A stretch of 64,000 bases of DNA from a virus (IMGVR_UViG_3300046744_000223:64001-128000); one strand, 5' to 3'. Counted from the stretch's first letter, positions 46,387 to 57,220 are shown. Translations and numbers: made by a program. Notes: generated from the sequence alone by a model not told the origin.

Positions 46387-47218
46387 TTATATAACTTGTT
46401 ATGTAATTATCTATATCCTTAGTTGGCATCCAACCAAGTATTTCATTAGCAAGTGTATCTTCACAAAGAGTTACCAATGCTTCACCTGGCTTATCATCTT
46501 CATAAACAATATCATCATAGTTGAACATATCTGCTATGTCTTTAACAGAGTAGTTTTTACCTCTACCAAGTTCAAAGTCATACCCATATGCCCCTTGTTC
46601 CATAATCTTTACTAATGCGTCTACGATATCGTCAATATGAGTAAAGTCTCTACGTTTAGTTCCATCACCAAAAATAGTAAGCGACTTCCCATCTTCAATT
46701 GCCTTTTCCCATTTACCAATTAAAGTACAATACCCACCATCTTTTAGATGATGTGGTCCATATACATTGTAAAATCGTGTAATTGATGATTTCAACTCAT
46801 AATGTTTCTGATAAAGTGAAATGATGTCTTCACCCACATCTTTTGAGAATGTGTATGGATTCTTAAATCTACCACTATGTTTTGATGATGAACCAGCGTA
46901 TATGATTGGTACGTTATTATTAGCACACCAATCTACCAAGTTCAGAGTTCCATTTGCATTGGTAGTAAAATATTCTTTGGGTAATTTGAATGATGGTTGG
47001 ATACGGGCAATTGCTGCCAAGTGAAATACAACATCAACATCCATAAACTCAGTAATGTTTCTGAGGTCGTGGTTTAGATACTTACATCCTTTTTGATGAT
47101 TTTGTACATTACCAGTATAATAATTGTCGATAGATACTACATTGTGTCCATCTTTCAATAATCTTTTGATGAGGTTTGTTCCTACAAAACCTGCACCACC
47201 TGTAACTAATATTTTCAT
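46352..47218 (-). CDS. NAD-dependent epimerase/dehydratase
   Basis: TGGAGFVG, YTFSK, RFYNVYG, RDFTH. Confidence 0.92.
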   Translation of the reverse strand: MKILVTGGAGFVGTNLIKRLLKDGHNVVSIDNYYTGNVQNHQKGCKYLNHDLRNITEFMDVDVVFHLAAIARIQPSFKLPKEYFTTNANGTLNLVDWCANNNVPIIYAGSSSKHSGRFKNPYTFSKDVGEDIISLYQKHYELKSSITRFYNVYGPHHLKDGGYCTLIGKWEKAIEDGKSLTIFGDGTKRRDFTHIDDIVDALVKIMEQGAYGYDFELGRGKNYSVKDIADMFNYDDIVYEDDKPGEALVTLCEDTLANEILGWMPTKDIDNYITSYINEKEHNIHTGN

Positions 47219-47853
47219 TATCCTAATCCTTTCCAAGTTGCACCATTACCAGTATAGTAGTGATTTACTTCAACTTTTGGTGTATATAAATATGATTTAC
47301 CATCTTTTAAAATATCAATTGCCCAATATCTATCTTCTTTTGTAGATAATTCCTCATCAAACGGAGTTTCTATCAAATCAGACTTATTGTAGAAACAAAA
47401 CGCATTATGTAAAAATGGTCTATCTTCAATAGTAGAATGCATATTAACCACCTCACTATCTACAAAATGAGACCATATATATCTCTTGTTAATTTTCTTT
47501 CCACGATATATTGGAATTTGATTACCAAATACTGCTGAATGAAACTTTAGTAATGATTGGACCGATTTCAAATCCATCTTAGTAATTTGAGAGTGTGCTG
47601 ATAGTATCAATATAATATCATTACTACACATATTGACTGCCACATTCAACGATTTACCTGGTGTATAGTTTTCTATATTAGAGGTTATTATATTGAGTCG
47701 TGTATTGAATAGTGTAACTACATCCATAGAATCATCAGTAGAGTTGTTATCCATCACAATCACCTCTGCATTAGGAATGTGGTCACATATAGATTGTAGT
47801 GTAAACCCAATATATTCACCCTCATTTCTATTTCTAACTATGATACTTATCAT
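47218..47853 (-). CDS. glycosyltransferase family 2
   Basis: SII...[13 protein letters not shown]....ED. Confidence 0.85.
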   Translation of the reverse strand: MISIIVRNRNEGEYIGFTLQSICDHIPNAEVIVMDNNSTDDSMDVVTLFNTRLNIITSNIENYTPGKSLNVAVNMCSNDIILILSAHSQITKMDLKSVQSLLKFHSAVFGNQIPIYRGKKINKRYIWSHFVDSEVVNMHSTIEDRPFLHNAFCFYNKSDLIETPFDEELSTKEDRYWAIDILKDGKSYLYTPKVEVNHYYTGNGATWKGLG

Positions 47854-48656
47854 TTAAATATCCTCGATAATGTTGTATAATCAATAGCTTGTGCTGGGTC
47901 ACTTATAGACATATCTGGATTGGGGTGTGATTCTATAATCAACCCATCAGCACCAATGGCCATTGCAGCTTTAGATACCGGCTCTACAAAATTACGATAT
48001 CCAGTTGAATGACTTGGGTCATATATGATTGGGATGTTAGTAAACTCTTTCAAAGCAGGAATCATCATAAGGTCAGGTGCCCAACGTGTTGTTGGGTGTA
48101 TGTGTCTATAAGATGGCATTCCAACTACACCTCTAAGACATATAGCAACATTTCTATTACCACCTACTAAGATTCGTTCAACTGCGCCTAAGATTTCATC
48201 AAGAGTTCCCCAAGTACCTCGTTTGAGTAATACTGGAGTATCTTGCTTTCCAAGAGCGTCTAATAGTGTATAGTTCTGAAAATTACGAGTTCCTATTTGA
48301 AATACATCGGCAACCTCACCAACTTCATCAATCATACTCGCATCCATTACTTCAGTAACAATTGGGAGTCCAGATTCCTTCTTAGCAATCGCCAACAACT
48401 CAAGACCTTCTTTACGAAGACCCTCTTTCCACCCATTAGTTTCTTTTGTGATTGGGAATGTACATGGTTTGTAAGCACCTGCTCTTAGAGCATCCGCGCC
48501 ACATCTTTTCATATCTTTTGCAATCTCAATGATTGACTCACCCTCAACTGAACAAGGACCTGCAATCTTGAAGTAATCCCAATTGAAGGTTTCGTTTGGG
48601 TCGATTGAAATGTTTAACTTACCTTGGTCTTTTAGTGACTGAATGTATTCGTTCAT
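47850..48656 (-). CDS. type I-beta DAHP-synthase homolog with altered aldose-phosphate motif
   Basis: [24 protein letters not shown]; KPCT in place of KPRT; no regulatory domain. Confidence 0.85.
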   Translation of the reverse strand: MNEYIQSLKDQGKLNISIDPNETFNWDYFKIAGPCSVEGESIIEIAKDMKRCGADALRAGAYKPCTFPITKETNGWKEGLRKEGLELLAIAKKESGLPIVTEVMDASMIDEVGEVADVFQIGTRNFQNYTLLDALGKQDTPVLLKRGTWGTLDEILGAVERILVGGNRNVAICLRGVVGMPSYRHIHPTTRWAPDLMMIPALKEFTNIPIIYDPSHSTGYRNFVEPVSKAAMAIGADGLIIESHPNPDMSISDPAQAIDYTTLSRIFK

Positions 48657-49195
48657 TTGTAATATTGTTTTACTTTTTCTAAATCATCTTCAGTATGGAT
48701 ATCAGTAGCAGTTTCCTTTACACATCCGATTCGGTAACTAACTTTACCTTGTTTGAGTAAGTCGTACTTGAATAATCTCATTGCACCACTCCTACGATAT
48801 GTGTCATCTACCGTAATGATATCATCATACTTATTGTCAATCATATAGTCAAGACACTCATCAAGAGTGTTGACTCGATTGGGGTTATCTGGTTGTAATC
48901 CAACTACAATATCATACTCTTCTTTGATTTCATTGATGATGTGTTCATACACATCTACGACCTCAACATCCCCACACAAATCAGCAGGCCTCTTGTGGAA
49001 TCTTACTTCGTATTTATTACAAATCTCCTCAACAACATCACTCTCAGATGATACGATAACCTCTACATGGTATTGACTTGCGTTTGCGTAATCAACTGAA
49101 TGTAGGAACATGGGTTTACCATCAATCTCTCTAATGTTCTTGTGTTTTAGTCTTTTAGAATCCAGCTTTGCTGGAATTATTGCTAGTACTCTCAT
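48653..49195 (-). CDS. CMP-ulosonate synthetase (NeuA/KdsB-like) 1
   Basis: IIPA..SKRL..KN, LQP, DIHT.DD. Confidence 0.88.
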   Translation of the reverse strand: MRVLAIIPAKLDSKRLKHKNIREIDGKPMFLHSVDYANASQYHVEVIVSSESDVVEEICNKYEVRFHKRPADLCGDVEVVDVYEHIINEIKEEYDIVVGLQPDNPNRVNTLDECLDYMIDNKYDDIITVDDTYRRSGAMRLFKYDLLKQGKVSYRIGCVKETATDIHTEDDLEKVKQYYK

Positions 49196-50115
49196 AATTT
49201 ATCTATACTCCATTTATATGCTTTGGTCTGACCTTGTATGGTCATTCCTCCTGTATGTGGTGTAAATATACAATTTAATTTTGAATTTTCCAAATTAAAG
49301 AATGGTGATTTAGATGGGTCACCAAACTCATTTTCGATAACATCAGTACCATACCCCCACAACTTACACTCGTGTAGTGCCTTTATGATATCAGTTTCAT
49401 TTACAATCTCACCACGGGATGTATTTACCAAGAACTTAACACCACGTGAAAGTAAATCATAATCAATCATATGTCGTGTTTCGTTTGTGACGTGTACGTG
49501 AAGTGATACTGCGTCACATATGTCAAACAACTCTTCCAATGTGTCAATATTAGACTCATCTGAATATGGGTCGTGGATGTAAACCTCAGCATCAAACGCT
49601 CTACAAAACTTAGCCATCATCTTACCCAATCTACCATAACCAACGATGCCAACTTTGTAGTCTTTCATTTGCTGGCCTACAAATGGTAGGTAATCCCAAC
49701 TTTTATCTCGTTTGGTCACATTGTTTGACATTGTGATGTTTCTCATCAAGTCAAGGAGTATCCCAAACGCCAATTCTGAGGTAGATGGTAGTTGATTGAT
49801 TAGTTCGAAGTCGTTTTTATGACATTGGATTTCAATACCCACCGATTCACAATATTCTAAGTCAATGTGATTTAGTCCGGTAGATGCGGTATTGATAATA
49901 CGAACCATAGTATTCCGTAACAACCCCTCATCAATTTTGTAACTTTGTTGATTTGGATTGCAGAATATAGTATCAATTGGGTTGTTAAGTAATAATTCTC
50001 TAACTTGGTGCCGTGTCCCATATTCTAACATAAAAACATCACCTTTTGAATCTAACAACTCAACTACCCCATCCAAATGGGTTACGGGAGTAACAACTGC
50101 AATCTTATTTTTCAT
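49192..50115 (-). CDS. D-isomer 2-hydroxyacid dehydrogenase
   Basis: GYGRLG, NTSRG, DV..E, TPH.GG. Confidence 0.9.
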   Translation of the reverse strand: MKNKIAVVTPVTHLDGVVELLDSKGDVFMLEYGTRHQVRELLLNNPIDTIFCNPNQQSYKIDEGLLRNTMVRIINTASTGLNHIDLEYCESVGIEIQCHKNDFELINQLPSTSELAFGILLDLMRNITMSNNVTKRDKSWDYLPFVGQQMKDYKVGIVGYGRLGKMMAKFCRAFDAEVYIHDPYSDESNIDTLEELFDICDAVSLHVHVTNETRHMIDYDLLSRGVKFLVNTSRGEIVNETDIIKALHECKLWGYGTDVIENEFGDPSKSPFFNLENSKLNCIFTPHTGGMTIQGQTKAYKWSIDKL

Positions 50116-50768
50116 TACATTGATTGTAAATCTTTCTCAAATAACTCAATACCCGTTGTAGTCAATGCGTGTTCGAACATTTGTTCAAGTACTTTCAATG
50201 GTACTGTGATTACATCAGCTCCTGCTTTTGCTGCTTTGACAACGTGCATTGGATGTCTTACACTTGAAACCATAATGTTAGTGTCAAACGAATATCTCTC
50301 GTTAAAGGTTTTTACCAACTCACCAATAAACAACATAGCATCATGACCCGTGTCATCAAGTCTACCAACTAACGGACAAATGTAAGTGGAATTAACATTA
50401 GCACATAGTATAGCCTGATTATGTGAGAATATCAGATGCATATTTGTTTTATCACCATTACGTGTTGCAGAATTACAGGCGTCAATACCTGCAGGTGAGA
50501 ATGGAATTTTAAAAACCAAATCAATGTCATTTGATTTTGCTTTTAATCGTTCGATATTAGATAAGATTTCATCCTTAGTAGTACCCCATGCTTCAACGTG
50601 AATTTCACCAACTGGCATAACTCCTCTGATTTTTTTAATCATATCGATGTCGTCATCCATACCATGTCGTTTCGCCAAAGTAGGGTTCGTAGTAACTCCG
50701 GCTAATATACCCATATCTGAGTATTTTTGAATTGAACTTAATTCTAAAGTGTCTAAAAATACTTTCAT
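50115..50768 (-). CDS. transaldolase/FSA (TalC) family
   Basis: GVTTNPTL, FKIP, P.VGRLDD, GAD..TVP. Confidence 0.9.
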   Translation of the reverse strand: MKVFLDTLELSSIQKYSDMGILAGVTTNPTLAKRHGMDDDIDMIKKIRGVMPVGEIHVEAWGTTKDEILSNIERLKAKSNDIDLVFKIPFSPAGIDACNSATRNGDKTNMHLIFSHNQAILCANVNSTYICPLVGRLDDTGHDAMLFIGELVKTFNERYSFDTNIMVSSVRHPMHVVKAAKAGADVITVPLKVLEQMFEHALTTTGIELFEKDLQSM

Positions 50769-50779
50769 AATTTTACGTT

Positions 50780-51250
50780 TTATTTAATTGATTTTAATGT
50801 TACTTTTAACTGACCTTTACGTCTATCCGTAGTAAACTTTTGAGATACCATCTCGTAGTTACAGGTTATGCCATACGTATGTGCTATTCTATAATGATTT
50901 GATTTACCATTGATTCCACCATGCCACTTTGAACAAAAGTAACCAAACGACTCCTCATTAAAAACTCGCTTGTGTGTTGGGTCTGCTAATGCCATTGCAG
51001 ATGCTTCATGAGGTACTACGATATCTATCGTACCACCTGGTTTTAGGATTCGCCACAACTCATTCATAACAAAAATAATATTATCAATGTGTTCTAATAT
51101 CATAATTGCTTTGATTTCACTAACCGTATTATCATCGAGTGGAATTCCCTTTTCGATATCACAACAAATATCTGGATTTACTGATGGGTCAATATCAACA
51201 TTTAAGAATCCTGGAAACTTTTCTTTGTATGAACCTAAGTTTAATTTCAT
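50780..51250 (-). CDS. class I SAM methyltransferase
   Basis: LNLG, LEH, RILKPGG, DPTH. Confidence 0.85.
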   Translation of the reverse strand: MKLNLGSYKEKFPGFLNVDIDPSVNPDICCDIEKGIPLDDNTVSEIKAIMILEHIDNIIFVMNELWRILKPGGTIDIVVPHEASAMALADPTHKRVFNEESFGYFCSKWHGGINGKSNHYRIAHTYGITCNYEMVSQKFTTDRRKGQLKVTLKSIK

Positions 51251-51846
51251 AATTTTATTTTTTTTAGTGATAACAAATGATATGGATTACTATGTGCTTT
51301 TCTACCTGGCTGATACCACTCATCTACAACGTCAAATCCATTCTCGATTAGTTGACTACTGAGTAACTCTCCATCAATTTCCCAATGTTTATGATGTTCA
51401 CCTTTTAGACTTTTTGGTGTTTTTTGCATATGTGGGTGTGAAACTATCAAATGACCACCTAACTCTAATAACTCATAAAACTTCATACAAGTTTCAATTA
51501 GAGGATTCTCTAAGTGTTCTAATGTTTCTAAACTAACGATGACATCAAACTTACCATTCACATTATTCTGAAAATCAGATTCTAAATCAATTACATCGTA
51601 TGTTATATTTTCAGCACCCCAATACGTTCTACAATATTCTAATGCTTCTTCTGAGTTATCCAATGATAATACTGACTTGGCACTTTGTGCTAAAATATTA
51701 GAACCATACCCAATCCCACAAGCTGCATCTAATACGACATCACCATCACTAACAAACTTATTAGCAAACCGATACCTTTCTACGTGTTTTGGTTCAATTT
51801 CTTGAATATTTTTACCTATTTGGCGTTCGCCATTGAATCCATCCAT
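51247..51846 (-). CDS. class I SAM methyltransferase
   Basis: H..RY.FA, VLDAACG.GYG, SLETLEH. Confidence 0.9.
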   Translation of the reverse strand: MDGFNGERQIGKNIQEIEPKHVERYRFANKFVSDGDVVLDAACGIGYGSNILAQSAKSVLSLDNSEEALEYCRTYWGAENITYDVIDLESDFQNNVNGKFDVIVSLETLEHLENPLIETCMKFYELLELGGHLIVSHPHMQKTPKSLKGEHHKHWEIDGELLSSQLIENGFDVVDEWYQPGRKAHSNPYHLLSLKKIKL

Positions 51847-51855
51847 AATTTTATT

Positions 51856-52164
51856 TTATATTTCTTCTATTCTTTTTGTTTTGTCACAAATCAATAAGTC
51901 GTATGGTGGTTTCTCACCTACACTCAGGTGGTGATATTTACATCCCCAATCATCCAATTGCTTCTTAGTTACATCATACCAATCAATTCCCGTAGTACTT
52001 CCACGAGCGGTCCAATAGGTTATAGTATGACCTTCATCATACAATATACGAATTTTTTCTATATTTTCCAAATTTGGAATAGCTTCTGAGTAATCTGGAT
52101 TTATATAAGTTCTATTTTCATAAAAACATATGGTCTCATCTATATCAACGTATATATTCATCAT
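51856..52164 (-). CDS. small HAD phosphatase (capsule-biosynthesis type)
   Basis: DIDETI, WTARG, KP.YD..ICD. Confidence 0.85.
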   Translation of the reverse strand: MMNIYVDIDETICFYENRTYINPDYSEAIPNLENIEKIRILYDEGHTITYWTARGSTTGIDWYDVTKKQLDDWGCKYHHLSVGEKPPYDLLICDKTKRIEEI

Positions 52165-52973
52165 CTAATAACTTTACATATATTATTTAACATTGTTTCA
52201 AAATCACTTAATTTAATTGAGCTTGTTCCATCCGATAGTGCGTTATCTGGATCATCATGTACTTCTAAGAACATACCATCTACACCTACGGCTGCAGCAG
52301 CCTTTGCTAATGGTTCTATAAAATGTTTATTAGACCCACTGCTACCACCAGAACACCCTTTTTGAACTGCATGAGTTGCATCAAATATAACGGGAGCGTA
52401 TTCTCTCATAGTTACTAAGTTTCTCATGTCCACTACATAGTCACCATACCCAAAGGTATTTCCACGTTCGGTTAGAACAACTTTGTTATTATCAGATGAT
52501 ACTACTTTATCAACCACCCTCTCCATATCCAATCCATTTACAAATTGTGCTTTTTTAATATTTACTGGAAGGTTTGTTTTTGCAGAAGCCACCAATAAAT
52601 CAGTTTGTCTACATAAAAATGCTGGTATTTGTATTAGGTCAATTGAATCTTTTAATACATCAGCTTGCCATGGTTCGTGTATGTCAGTAGTTACTGGAAT
52701 ATCTAATTCAGTACGGATTTTATTAAATATACGAGATGCTTCTTCAATAGAAACTCCTCTGTAGTTTTGTAACCGAGTTCGATTTGCTTTATCAAAAGAT
52801 GCTTTAAAAATAAAAGGAATACCCAACTTAGAAGTAATACGTTTTAACTCACGTGCCATATGTAAGGTATGTTCTTCACTTTCTATGACACATGGGCCGG
52901 ATATCAATACAAATGGCAATGATTCGCCAAATGTTATACCATCTCTTATTGTAACTGATTTAATTTTTTTCAT
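52161..52973 (-). CDS. kdsA: KDO-8-phosphate synthase
   Basis: GPCVIES, KASFDKANRT, QIPAFLCRQTDL, ERG..FGY, DATH. Confidence 0.95.
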   Translation of the reverse strand: MKKIKSVTIRDGITFGESLPFVLISGPCVIESEEHTLHMARELKRITSKLGIPFIFKASFDKANRTRLQNYRGVSIEEASRIFNKIRTELDIPVTTDIHEPWQADVLKDSIDLIQIPAFLCRQTDLLVASAKTNLPVNIKKAQFVNGLDMERVVDKVVSSDNNKVVLTERGNTFGYGDYVVDMRNLVTMREYAPVIFDATHAVQKGCSGGSSGSNKHFIEPLAKAAAAVGVDGMFLEVHDDPDNALSDGTSSIKLSDFETMLNNICKVIR

Positions 52974-53613
52974 TTGCTAAACATTCTGCTATTTTAAAAT
53001 CACTTGGTGTATCAATGTCCCATGCTTCCAACATATCAACTGTTTTAATATATGGGTTGAAGCCAATTCTTCTTTTGTGTTTCTTATACATATCCTTCGA
53101 GAATATATATAATCCGGAGTTTTCAACAATAATTGGCTTTAAGTCTTGAGTACGACTAATAGTTGAAGACATATTATAATTTAAGGGATTACCATCATAC
53201 CAACAAAAATTGTTTACTTCATATGCTAAAAATGCCGAATCGTATTCGTTTGACTTTATTTTGTCTATCATATCTACTATGGTAGATTGTTTTACGAATG
53301 GGGAAGTTACTGATAAAAATACAATATAGTCTGTATTTATATCATCTATAACCGAATCCAATATATCGTTAAATGTAACATAGTCCCCATCAAACTTGGT
53401 ATCTCTTTTTAAGAATGTATAGTCTAAACTTGGATTTATGTAATCCACAACAGTGTCATCACTACAATACAAAAGTGTATCACTAATATCAGAAATTCCT
53501 GCTGCCTTGTCCACGCATATATTAACTAACGGATTACTATTAAGTGTCTTTATACTTTTTTGTGGTAATCGCTTACTATTTAGTCTAACTGTTATGTATG
53601 CTGTAAACTTCAT
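52960..53613 (-). CDS. CMP-ulosonate synthetase (NeuA-like) 2
   Basis: SKRLP.K, TSPF, RTQDL, E.SG.Y, DIDT..DF. Confidence 0.88.
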   Translation of the reverse strand: MKFTAYITVRLNSKRLPQKSIKTLNSNPLVNICVDKAAGISDISDTLLYCSDDTVVDYINPSLDYTFLKRDTKFDGDYVTFNDILDSVIDDINTDYIVFLSVTSPFVKQSTIVDMIDKIKSNEYDSAFLAYEVNNFCWYDGNPLNYNMSSTISRTQDLKPIIVENSGLYIFSKDMYKKHKRRIGFNPYIKTVDMLEAWDIDTPSDFKIAECLANEKN

Positions 53614-54326
53614 TTTTTTCTTGTTCTTAGGTTATCATATTCGAATGGATTTAGAAGCATTATTTTATTTTCAGAAATCCAGTTTTGTACAAAGTCCATT
53701 TGTCTAAATCTATGCTTATCACCTTTAAAGTAATCTTTTCGATTCTTTTTGTGTTCAGCATCTTCTTCTTTATTGTAAAAGTTTAAAGCCCTGTCATCCT
53801 CACCACCTTCTAGGTAAAAGGTATGTCCTATAATTGTTATTTTAGAAAAGTTAATAATTGCCCTATCTAATGTAATTAAACCAGTACCAACTCCTATGAA
53901 CTTTCCTAAAGCTTGATTTTTTTTATACTTATGTCTGAACTCCTTACCACCATAGTGTTTCGTTAAAAACCCCCAAGTATCACTATGTACATTTACATTA
54001 TCAAACTCATGGTATCTATGACTCATCTCGTGACCTACATCATCTTTTCTTGGCCAAATTGTAAGCGGTTCGGATTTGATTGGATGAAAATAATCCCATC
54101 TATAATTGCCAGTAGTAGACCAAATATCTATTTTCCTACCTGTGTGTTGATACATACCATCGAAAAAACATTTATTTACTCTAATTACAGTTTTAAACTT
54201 ATCAATATATTTACCAAAATTATAACAATTCAAAGATGGGCTTGTACCAACTACTATTACATCGGTTTGTGGTTCAAATGTCTCAAAGTAGTTGTCTAAC
54301 TTTTTAATATTGTCCAAAATCACCAC
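53610..54326 (-). CDS. GT29 (sialyltransferase)-like glycosyltransferase
   Basis: sialylmotif-L-like VVG.S..L....G..ID.F..V.R.N...G.K; TGL. Confidence 0.75.
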   Translation of the reverse strand: MVILDNIKKLDNYFETFEPQTDVIVVGTSPSLNCYNFGKYIDKFKTVIRVNKCFFDGMYQHTGRKIDIWSTTGNYRWDYFHPIKSEPLTIWPRKDDVGHEMSHRYHEFDNVNVHSDTWGFLTKHYGGKEFRHKYKKNQALGKFIGVGTGLITLDRAIINFSKITIIGHTFYLEGGEDDRALNFYNKEEDAEHKKNRKDYFKGDKHRFRQMDFVQNWISENKIMLLNPFEYDNLRTRKK

Positions 54327-54862
54327 ACCATTACTTTGTTATTCTCAATAAGGGTATTTACATAATCTATTTCAAGATTCCAACTATGATTGCCAGGTAT
54401 ATCTGATGACCCCTCTACTCCCCAATAATGATTAGTCTTTCCAAAATCAAATCCAACCAAGTTTAACACCTCATATGTATCTAACAAATAGTTAATTGTT
54501 AGAATGCCAGTAGACATTTTTTTAGAACCTAATTTGAAATCGGATATGTGGTAATCAAATCCATCATAGTTACTCTTTATATCCTCCAATCTACCAACTC
54601 GCTTATCAGTATTAGTAATCGTGGTAGTTTTAATTAAGTTTGGGTGTTGGTTTTTTATACTCTCTATGTTATTTACATAGTAGTTTCTACTATCGGTAGT
54701 AAGTGCATTGTTAAGTATCCAATGAGTACATTTGTTACCTATATAATCTTCAAATCCACGTACTCTGAATCTATTGAATCTATAAACGTGGTCGTATGAA
54801 TCAATCAGACTACCATGCTTTTGGGTTGTGTCGGCATTACCTACTAAGATACATTTATTCAT
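54320..54862 (-). CDS. GT29 (sialyltransferase)-like glycosyltransferase
   Basis: CILVGN..G..IDSYD.V.RFN..IG.K; STG; GFD..HY; H....E. Confidence 0.82.
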   Translation of the reverse strand: MNKCILVGNADTTQKHGSLIDSYDHVYRFNRFRVRGFEDYIGNKCTHWILNNALTTDSRNYYVNNIESIKNQHPNLIKTTTITNTDKRVGRLEDIKSNYDGFDYHISDFKLGSKKMSTGILTINYLLDTYEVLNLVGFDFGKTNHYWGVEGSSDIPGNHSWNLEIDYVNTLIENNKVMVW

Positions 54863-55539
54863 TTCTTACCTGTGTGCTTTCCGGTTTGTAAAAAATATTC
54901 ATTGTCTCTACTATCACCTTTCAAAAAGTGATACTCAAATCCAAGTTTCCACATAACATAGTCAAAACTTAATTGGTCTCTACGTGAGTTATACTTTATT
55001 TCATCCCACCATGCTTCCATAGATTCAATGACGTGTTCATCATTATGATTTCTTAATATAATTGGATTTGTAGCTAACCCATTATTTTGTGGATATCCCT
55101 CATCTAAGTATCTCTGAACTTGGGTATACATGGTTTGTGGATTGTCCTTGTAATTACCACCATTAGACTTACCCAAACTCATTATTGCCTCATACTCTTT
55201 GTAAATACAATCTCGTGGGTCCAGTCTTGTTTGATTATGGTCAAATACCTGATACGGGTGTTTGTTTACCAATGGTGTAAAATCTTTTCTAACCAATATA
55301 TTACCATCAATCCATAACGAACAATCGTATTCTGATAAATATCTATGTGGTAATATTTTGTATTTTTTAGCGTTACGATTTGGGTCTGAATATATTGGTG
55401 TAGATTTAATAATCTTCCAAGTATCCGATTTTATATCCATATCAGTAAAGCATATATAATCAACACCATCTATTATTTGTTGATTTTCATGTAGATTATC
55501 ATACCCACCAAAGATTGAAGTATAAACGGCTATTTTCAT
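54859..55539 (-). CDS. DUF616 (MUCI70/TOD1-like) glycosyltransferase
   Basis: YT.IFG.YD, KILPH, WIDG, RDQLSF. Confidence 0.85.
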   Translation of the reverse strand: MKIAVYTSIFGGYDNLHENQQIIDGVDYICFTDMDIKSDTWKIIKSTPIYSDPNRNAKKYKILPHRYLSEYDCSLWIDGNILVRKDFTPLVNKHPYQVFDHNQTRLDPRDCIYKEYEAIMSLGKSNGGNYKDNPQTMYTQVQRYLDEGYPQNNGLATNPIILRNHNDEHVIESMEAWWDEIKYNSRRDQLSFDYVMWKLGFEYHFLKGDSRDNEYFLQTGKHTGKK

Positions 55540-56384
55540 ATGTAATGCTCACTTCTTACTAAGTTAGAGCCAAGATTGGGTCTAGCTACTGTGTATGTTG
55601 GTGTATAATTTGCAATCGTATCATTAACACCGGTCTGATTACCAACGTTAAATTTAGCCTTGCTTTTGATATATAATTGAATACGTGTGTCAACGTGTCT
55701 GAGGTCTAAACACTTTTTATATTTCAATCCAAATTGATTTTTTGTAGTCCAATAAAACATTGGTAATTTATATTCATTGATTTTTGATTGGATTTTCTCA
55801 ACTCCAGTGCCATCAAATCTATTTGATATCAATAGAGTACCAAAATCACCATTAACGTGTTCTCTAATAATAGAATTACCCAACTCTCTTTCAGAATCAG
55901 ACCAATAAACTTCCGGCTCAATATCGTCAAAAGAATCAAATTGCCAAAACTTTAATATTTCTTCCATAAGTGGGATTTTATAAACACCTAAGTCATCATA
56001 TATTCTATAATGGTCATTGAATACCTCCCCTTCAAATGAATCTACAAATCCATCTATATATGGGTTGTTGTCAAAAATAGTATGAACCACTTGAAACGGG
56101 TCTGACCATGATGACCAATTTTGCTCTAAGTGACCAAATAACTCTCTTAACAATTTTGGTGATGGTATCCAAACCTTACAATCAGGATATTTTTCTTTTA
56201 ATTTACGTGGAAACGCAGAGATAATTCCCCAATCCCCAACACCAAAACAAGTTCTTAGGATTACAAAGTTTTTACCTTCCAAGTATTCATCAGGAATATA
56301 GGAAGGGTCACTTAAAGGAAACCCTAACTTATCAACCTCTTGTATAGGAAGTACTTTATTATCGAATGTTCTCCAAAATACCAT
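55536..56384 (-). CDS. GT9-like glycosyltransferase
   Basis: GVGD..I..A.PR.LK..YP, NNPYID. Confidence 0.65.
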   Translation of the reverse strand: MVFWRTFDNKVLPIQEVDKLGFPLSDPSYIPDEYLEGKNFVILRTCFGVGDWGIISAFPRKLKEKYPDCKVWIPSPKLLRELFGHLEQNWSSWSDPFQVVHTIFDNNPYIDGFVDSFEGEVFNDHYRIYDDLGVYKIPLMEEILKFWQFDSFDDIEPEVYWSDSERELGNSIIREHVNGDFGTLLISNRFDGTGVEKIQSKINEYKLPMFYWTTKNQFGLKYKKCLDLRHVDTRIQLYIKSKAKFNVGNQTGVNDTIANYTPTYTVARPNLGSNLVRSEHYI

Positions 56385-57220
56385 TATGAAACTGCCCTTC
56401 CTTCCATACCTTCCCAATCCTTATCAGTTCTAACCTCTTGATTAGTTTTCTCAGTAGCCGATAGGACATTGTTTGTTGTGTTTAATAATTCCGTAAGTTT
56501 CAACATAGCTGATAAATCTTTAGGGAAACAATGTCCACCAAATCCTAAATCACCATCAGGACCAGGAACAGCCCAATGTGATTTACCTAACCTATCATCA
56601 TATGTCGCATATTCTACAACCTTATCATAGTCCAATGATAGTTTATCACATACTTGATAAATCTCATTTGCAAAAGAAACTTTTGTAGCTAAGAACGTAT
56701 TAGTTACATACTTTACCATTTCTGCGTGTGTAGAGCCAGTCTTTATGATTGGTGTGGTAGGAAAAACTAAACGATAGATTTGTTTAAGTGGAGTGGTTCC
56801 TTTACGTGGGCCCCCTAAGATAATCTTTGATTGGTTCTCAAAGTCTTGTACTGCGTTTGCTTCGGTTAAGAATTCCGGATTGAACACAATTGTGATACTC
56901 TTAAAGTTATTGTTAAACATCTCGGTTGTAGTTGGTGGAATTGTAGATTTGATAACCACAACAACATCCTTACCTACGTTATTGATTTGAGACAATACCG
57001 ATTCCACAATTGAAATGTCACACGACCCATCAACTCTCTTCATTGGAGTGGGTACACATACAAATACAACATCCGAAGCTTCGACTACCTCTTTTAGGGT
57101 ATCCGTAGTTCTTTTAGACCCATCAAGGTCATAGGTTAAAACGCTAAAATAGTTTTTAAACTTTTGGTAAATGGCATTTCCTACAAAGCCTTGACCCACT
57201 ATTCCAATATTATATTTCAT
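56384..57220 (-). CDS. UDP-glucose/GDP-mannose 6-dehydrogenase family (short form)
   Basis: GQGFVG, CVPTP, KST.PP, NPEFL, GFGGHCFPKD. Confidence 0.9.
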   Translation of the reverse strand: MKYNIGIVGQGFVGNAIYQKFKNYFSVLTYDLDGSKRTTDTLKEVVEASDVVFVCVPTPMKRVDGSCDISIVESVLSQINNVGKDVVVVIKSTIPPTTTEMFNNNFKSITIVFNPEFLTEANAVQDFENQSKIILGGPRKGTTPLKQIYRLVFPTTPIIKTGSTHAEMVKYVTNTFLATKVSFANEIYQVCDKLSLDYDKVVEYATYDDRLGKSHWAVPGPDGDLGFGGHCFPKDLSAMLKLTELLNTTNNVLSATEKTNQEVRTDKDWEGMEGRAVS

